Made by a program: the position numbers and the translations under genes
Notes under the pieces: model-generated
Seen by the model: only the letters and a program-made list of their open reading frames with translations
What the model was told of the DNA's origin: nothing
Database searches by the model: none
Source of the DNA: Eledone cirrhosa
Lineage: Eukaryota
NCBI GenBank assembly: GCA_964016885.1
Contig: OZ024740.1
Coordinates: 395,808,001-395,872,000 of the forward strand
Direction: 5' to 3'
DNA: 64,000 bases
Shown here: piece after piece, positions 59,401-64,000 of the stretch
Position numbering within the stretch: the stretch's first letter is position 1
How the letters are laid out: each line of letters opens with the position of its first letter

Positions 59401-62400
59401 TCAAATATAATCAGCCATCATACTCAAAAATATAATCATACACAGAATACAAAAATACTAGGAGTTATGTAGATCCCCAAAACATTCATAGCACACAGAT
59501 ACCACATTTAACCAACAGAAAAAAAAAACAATGAGAGTATCACTCATTCGCTTCCATACATTGACATATGCATGCACACACATACACACACATACATATA
59601 CACATGCAGATGCACACAGAATGATCTGAAAAGATATAAAATGAAGTTAAGACTGTCTAACTGCAAGTTTAGTCATGACAGATATTTAAGTAACTGTTTA
59701 CTGAGAAGCAATTTGAATGATGTCTGGATTTTTTGTCACAAGACTTTTTTCCAGACCAGATTATTATCCTCTATATTGTCTCTGAGACAAATATAAAGAA
59801 TGCAGCTTTGTCCTGCAGAAGAGCCATCAAAATGGGCACTTTGAATTTGAGGACTATTCGGACGCTGGAGAAGAGAGAGGAGTTGGGACATCTGTTCGAG
59901 GAGAGTGGTATACAGATACTTGCGATCCAAGAACACAGGATTCTACACGATGAGCCCGTGAGGAGTGTGATGATCGGGAAGAAGAGCCAGCTCATCACTA
60001 CATCGGCAGTGAAGAACACAACAAATGCTGCAGTAGGAGGAGTGGGTTTTGTGTTCAGTGCAAAAACCAATCTGTTGGTGAGGGAAATAATGCCTATCTC
60101 CCCGCGAGTGTTGAGGGTGACCTTCAATGGAAACCCAAGACTGACAGTCATCTCAGCCTATAGTTCAACCGAGGGGGACAGTGATGTGAATGCGGAAGAG
60201 TTCCATGAGGAGGTGTGTAGAGCTGTCAACACCACTCAGGCACACAATATCCTGCTTGTTTTGGGGGACTTCAATGCACATCTGAGTAAGGAGGGCAGTG
60301 AAGATCCTTGCTGGTACTTCCATAACAACACCAACCGAAATGGAAGACTACTGAGAGACACCCTGCTGGAGGCGAACTTGATGGCGACCAACCTAAGGTT
60401 TAGGAAGAATCTGGGGAAGATGTGAACCTACATCTCAGATATGCACCTGTCCAAGTCCCAGATTGATTTCATTCTGGTGAGGAAAAAGTGGCGGAATAGT
60501 ATTCTGAACACGGAACCATACAGCTATTTCAGTACACTGGGTAGTGACCACCGGCTTGTTATGAGTGAGGTCCGCGTGAGCTTAAGAAAGAGCAAGGCTC
60601 AGCCCCGGAGAACAATCTATGACTGGGGAGCTTTCAAGGAAGATGATAAGCTACAGGAGAGGTTCACAGTGGAAGTGAGAAACAGGTTTAGTGCTCTGTG
60701 TGGAGAGTCAGAGGAGAGAGAGATTGGATGGACTGAGGAGAGTGTGACGAGGAGGTACGGGCACTTCACCAATGCAGTGGCAGAAGCAAGTGAAACCCTG
60801 GTGCCGAGGAAAAAGAACAAAGGGAAGCACGTCAGCTCTGCAAACCCAAAAGTGTGTGCAGCCAGAGAACACCTGAAAGCTGCCAGGGACCAATTCTATG
60901 CTGATCCTACGGAGGAGAGGATGGAGACTGTGGAGGTGATGAGGGAAGAGCTCTGTACCGCTTACACTGAGGTCAAAGAGGAGGCACTGATACAGAAGAT
61001 CAGAAGTATGGAGAGAGCGGTTGACAGATCTGGATGTAAGGAGAGCTGGATGATCATCAACGAGATCACAGGGAGGAAGAGGTGTTCGAGTCAGATCCAG
61101 GGAACGGGGCCCGAGGATAGGAAGAGGAAATGGCTAGACCATTTTAGGACCCTACTAGGAGAGCCACCCTCCACAGCCCAGAGCACTGGGGAGATCAGGC
61201 GGCTGTTTGAGGAACTGGATGTTGAGACAGAGCCCTTCACCAGAGAGGAGCTTCAGAGAGCCAAGAAGAGGATCAAGGAGGGCAAGGCTCATGGAGAAGA
61301 TGGAGTGGCATCAGAGGTGATGAAGAGGTGTGATTTTGATGATATCATCCTGGGGTTCTGTAACGGGACACTGGAGAAAGGAGTTGCCCCGAATCAGTGG
61401 AGGATCAGTAACATCGTCCCAGTGCCAAAGAAGGGAGATCTCTCTAACACCAACAACTACCGGGGGATCTCACTGACGTCACTTGTGGCAAAGACCCTCA
61501 ACAGGATGATTCTTAACAGGATCCAGCCTGAGATGGAGAAGAAGCTCAGGGACAACCAGAACAGCTTCAGAGAGGGTAGATCAACCACCAGTCACATCCT
61601 GATGCTGAGGAGGATATTAGAGGGAGCTAGAGCAAAGTGCCTTCCTGCGGTCATGGTTTTCATTGACTTTAGGAAGGCCTTTGATTCTGTGAACCGTTAC
61701 TGCCTGATGAAGATCTTACAGGCTTATGGAATCCCCAAGAGGATAGTGGACCTGATATCACTGCTCTACACCAACACCAAAGCCCAAGTCATTACACCTG
61801 ATGGGATGACAGAGTTCTTTGAGATACTGGCTGGAGTGCTCCAGGGAGATACATTGGCTCCCTACCTTTTTGTCATCGTAGTGGACTATTGTATGCGCCT
61901 TGCACTGGAGAAACACCAGGACTCTGGCTTTACTGTAGCACCGGCTCAGAGCAGGAGAGTTAGGGCGAAAAAGGTATCGGATGCTGAATTTGCCGACGAC
62001 ATAGTTTTGGTGACAAATACAGTGAAGGAGGCAGAGGATTTGATGCGGGAGGTTGAGACTGTGTCGATGAGTGTGGGGCTGAGAATGAATGAGACTAAAA
62101 CAAAATATCTGGTAGAGAATGTTGAGAAGCCAGAGGGGATCACTAATGTAGGCGGGAAGCCGCTGGAATTGGTTGAGGACTTCCTGTATTTGGGAGCAAA
62201 GATTGGGAATACGGAAGATGATGTGGTTGAGAGGAAGAGCAAGGCCTGGGCGGCGTGCCACAGCTTGAGATCGGTGTGGAAGTCGGACCTTCATAGAGAC
62301 CTGAAAATCCGCCTCTTCATTGCTGTAGTGGAGTCTGTGCTGCTGTATGGGTCTGAGACTTGGACACTGACCAAGAAACTCACTCAGATGGTGGATGGGT

Positions 62401-63793
62401 GCTACACGAGAATGCTGAGGATGGCTCTGAACATTAATCAGTATACACTGAGGATGAAAAACTCAGAGCTGTATGGGAGCATCCCAAAAGTCAGCTCAAA
62501 AGTGACACAGATGAGACTGAGGTTAGCTCGACATGCTCACCGACATCCAGAGTTGACATTGCACTCAGTACTCCTTTGGGAGCCCCTACATGGACACACT
62601 AGAAGAGGAAGACCAAGGTTAACGTATGTTGATGCCCTAAGGACAGACACTGGTCTGTTGGAGATGCAGGACATGGCAGCAATAATGAGGGACAGAGACC
62701 GCTGGAGAGAACTCGTCCATGGATCTCGGGAATTTTACCCGCCTTAGATATTTTCCTAAAAGGACATTATTTTATTCTGAAAATAAAGTTCAATTGTTTA
62801 AATTATTAAAAATGACTTCATCATCATCGTCGTCATCATCTCCATTTAACGTCCATTTTTCCATGCTAGCATGGGTTAGACGAGTTATCCTGTTGTGAGC
62901 AATGCCAGGTTAACCGACCATGTCTTGTTCGTACAGAACTGAATTTAGCTTGGTTTCTTCAGCTGGATGACCTTCCTAGCGCCAAACTTATTTTACAGTG
63001 GGTACTTTACAGTGTGGACTGATTGCTTTTTGCCGTGATACCTACATGACAACTTTACAGTGTGGACTGGGTGCTTTTTGCCGTGATACCTACACCACAA
63101 CTTTACAGTGTGAGCTGGGTACTCTTTGCCGTGATACCTACACAACAACTTTACAGTGTGGACTGGGTGCTTTTTTGCCATGTTGCTGTCACAACCACTT
63201 TACAGTGTGGGCTGAAGGCTTCACTGAATGTATGCTTCCACCAGTCCTAATGGGAGATGTATGGGAGTGGGTGGGATGGTGCATACTATTTATATGCATT
63301 TTGTATAAACTTTATTTTCATTTAGATAGTAAAATAAATTTATTTATATAATTTCTGGCAATGGAAAGTCCATTGACAAAACATCCAACCACAATTCAAT
63401 GATGTAAACAGAATCTGAAAACTTCAATTACCATGAGGATCATCATCTGGTGTAAATACTTCTTTCATGGCCTTTTTGTTATGACACAAGGAGATAAAAT
63501 CTTCAAGGTAATCATCTAATCACAAAGTAAAGAAAAGAAATTAAATTACACATAATAATTACACATTGATAATTAAATTCTGGGCAACAGTACCATTCTG
63601 TCTATCAACAGATTTTTCTTTCTAGAATTGTTGAACTTTTAAAGAAATCTTTTGAAAAATTTAATTCACACATTTGTAACAGATATTCATCTAAAGAGAA
63701 AAGAAAGAAATTAACTTACGTAGCAGACACTGGGGGTCCTCAGTCATTGTGATACGCACTGACCACTGAGGGGCTTGGAGGGGGTCAAGGTCA
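34547..63793 (-). CDS. RAB3GAP1: Rab3 GTPase-activating protein catalytic subunit; 3' 14 coding exons (5' part outside the window)
   Basis: The spliced peptide contains SDLDPLQAPQWSVR, KSAP, LHQKLQMLNCCIE, LYIPVTQEPAPMTEDMLEE, LRARMQSACLLSDMESFKAANPGCTLEDFVRWYSPRDW, RQKRLFDDTKEAEKVLHFL and PRPAPYSRPLPQRMY...RLAGAYTSDTLFE. All introns are GT-AG with consistent phases. Confidence 0.97.
34900..35078. mobile_element. Tigger/pogo-type MITE
   Basis: TACAGTGAAATTCCGTTATTACGAA ... TTCATTATAACAGAGTTTTACCTGCA form diverged TIRs. Confidence 0.65.
35700..36530 (+). mobile_element. Decayed Penelope-like element 3' part (RT-linker + GIY-YIG endonuclease remnant + hammerhead-bearing terminus)
   Basis: HNYHKLLNPPNIKINYSCLDNITSTIACHN, then broken SCN..PLGG, NSTSISHFIW, NIVDRA and LNN*SEMIFSC motifs typical of PLE C-termini. 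CTGAAGA...GAAAC at 36444-36479. Confidence 0.75.
36644..36862 (-). CDS. RAB3GAP1: RAB3GAP1 exon
   Basis: DLIQMISLAETVIARAKSLK...LFVAAQK, 219 nt, AG/GT. Confidence 0.95.
37575..37675 (-). CDS. RAB3GAP1: RAB3GAP1 exon
   Basis: DKEFPKLKQLIDQIISKAAKVTRSSSPGVRKYE, 101 nt, AG/GT, phases fit. Confidence 0.9.
38103..38292 (-). mobile_element. SINE family 1
   Basis: Reverse complement of 20884-21062. Confidence 0.85.
39095..40130. mobile_element. Old pogo/Tigger-like non-autonomous DNA transposon with a nested SINE (39438-39628, minus)
   Basis: Diverged TIRs TACCATATATACTCATATAGAAGTCGA ... TAGCTTGTATTCAAGTATATACAG. Confidence 0.55.
40168..40264 (-). CDS. RAB3GAP1: RAB3GAP1 exon
   Basis: VLHFLMSLKPPQLVEYLLPVLSHTAILKIIQE, 97 nt. 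Confidence 0.95.
40812..40933 (-). CDS. RAB3GAP1: RAB3GAP1 exon (conserved RQKRLFDDT segment)
   Basis: QLSQRMKIPGNMWSEVWQGARAVPAHRQKRLFDDTKEAEK, 122 nt. Confidence 0.96.
41208..41390 (-). mobile_element. SINE family 1
   Basis: Reverse complement of 20884-21062. Confidence 0.85.
41434..41705 (+). mobile_element. 3' stub of an R4/Dong-like non-LTR retrotransposon in a (TAA)n tract
   Basis: TETIPIIIGALGMIRK / TDKYITKTPGLTNIYSIQKIALLGTAHIL*KVLSI resembles the C-terminus of RLE-type elements. (TAA)n lies on both sides. Confidence 0.75.
42105..42207 (-). CDS. RAB3GAP1: RAB3GAP1 exon
   Basis: AANPGCTLEDFVRWYSPRDWIDEQVDENGVIIIK, 103 nt. Confidence 0.96.
42622..42703 (-). CDS. RAB3GAP1: RAB3GAP1 exon
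   Basis: LGSSAEGSQLRARMQSACLLSDMESFK, 82 nt. Confidence 0.96.
45005..45400 (+). mobile_element. Decayed RTE 3' fragment
   Basis: RLYDACMQTAMLHDNET and LYGHVMYMEDDSYIKR parallel the RTE C-terminus. Confidence 0.75.
46573..47129 (-). CDS. RAB3GAP1: RAB3GAP1 large exon
   Basis: MLNCCIEKRRKRE...SDEEFFDC...PEGRL...LYIPVTQEPAPMTEDMLEEHAEVLA, 557 nt. Confidence 0.97.
47513..48122 (-). mobile_element. 5'-truncated CR1-clade LINE with 3' UTR and (ATT)n tail; shorter stub at 30274-30345
   Basis: VRPHLEFASPVWNPY...LETVQRRATKRIP...LPYSERL, NTRGH and FFTLRVAEAWNKLP. Confidence 0.9.
49546..49600 (-). CDS. RAB3GAP1: RAB3GAP1 exon
   Basis: IESGPPNMGSCILHQKLQ, 55 nt. Confidence 0.93.
50970..51142 (-). CDS. 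RAB3GAP1: RAB3GAP1 exon
   Basis: ELAKQLKSAPLDSLTTRMA...HGGWKAVAQLWQEIVLELRYR, 173 nt. Confidence 0.95.
52898..52999 (-). CDS. RAB3GAP1: RAB3GAP1 exon
   Basis: FLFPDARPDQDLDTINQSSEDYFEVPLSRVELKQ, 102 nt. Confidence 0.92.
54621..54798 (+). mobile_element. SINE family 1
   Basis: Near-identical to 20884-21062. Confidence 0.85.
55043..55194 (-). CDS. RAB3GAP1: RAB3GAP1 exon
   Basis: SSADISQALHRLTEPAVPSL...PIAPPLFNEILF, 152 nt. Confidence 0.93.
56331..58950 (-). mobile_element. Internally deleted RTE-clade LINE (second subfamily)
   Basis: SQLDFIL, WWWNNKV, LYLAFVDLEKAFDRVPR, QGSVLSPLLF, LSADD and RLRWYGHV. Most of the endonuclease and part of the RT are missing. (GAT)n tail. Confidence 0.92.
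59790..62750 (+). mobile_element. Nearly intact single-ORF APE+RT LINE (RTE-related) with one in-frame TGA at 60423-60425; 5' boundary approximate
   Basis: MGTLNLRT, LAIQEHR, LGDFNAH, SQIDF, SDH, NYRGISL, FIDFRKAFDSV, GVLQGDTLAPYLF, FADD and LYGSETW. The two predicted ORFs are in the same frame. Confidence 0.95.
62990..63215. repeat. ~51-bp tandem repeats inside an RTE-related short element
   Basis: ACTTTACAGTGTGGACTGGGTGCTTTTTGCCGTGATACCTACAC.ACA repeated about 4 times. Confidence 0.8.
63432..63515 (-). CDS. RAB3GAP1: RAB3GAP1 exon
   Basis: DYLEDFISLCHNKKAMKEVFTPDDDPH, 84 nt, phases fit. Confidence 0.9.
63720..63793 (-). CDS. RAB3GAP1: RAB3GAP1 exon
   Basis: DLDPLQAPQWSVRITMTEDPQCLL, 74 nt. 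Confidence 0.94.
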
Positions 63794-64000
63794 CTACAAA
63801 AAATATATCACAGAATGCAACAAAATATTTAAACTTTCATGTTTGGTGAATAATATATAAAGTTATACAGGGTGTTCAGGCTAAATTTGACAGGTTATTT
63901 TAAAGGGAAAAAAGTGAATATCTCAGTCAAAAATAAATTTATTCAAAAAATAGAAAATGGCATAAAGACTAAAATTATCAAAAGAGAAAATTCACTCAAA

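Noticed and set aside
60423-60425. Programmed read-through or selenocysteine at the LINE's in-frame TGA
   Set aside because: The context fits a Trp codon (TGG) with one transition, and there is no 3' UTR to hold a SECIS. Not testable without other copies.
63866-64000. Possible Tc1/mariner end TACAGGGTGTTCAG
   Set aside because: The partner TIR is outside the window, so it cannot be supported.

Overview
Eukaryotic, very AT- and microsatellite-rich DNA. The SINE, RTE and (TA)n landscape suggests an octopod cephalopod (inference). Four zones. (1) 1-19816: a near-identical ~7.86 kb tandem segmental repeat (2.5 units visible). Its junction cuts a hAT-type MITE in half, and each unit carries a candidate small two-exon ORF and a decayed RTE. 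(2) ~20.4-29.1 kb: a large (TA)n/(TACA)n field interrupted by short unrelated 'islands'. Most islands are Penelope-like terminal fragments with minimal hammerhead-ribozyme motifs, and three are long near-perfect fold-back palindromes that turn at or beside the ribozyme. (3) 29-34 kb: SINEs, a mariner-type MITE and a near full-length frameshifted RTE LINE. (4) 34.5-64 kb: the 3' 14 coding exons of RAB3GAP1 on the minus strand, all GT-AG and phase-consistent. Its introns hold a decayed Penelope GIY-YIG element with its own hammerhead, a Dong/R4 stub in (TAA)n, a CR1 stub, a deleted RTE and an almost intact APE-RT LINE with one premature stop. The long IYIY/CVCV ORFs are microsatellite artefacts.
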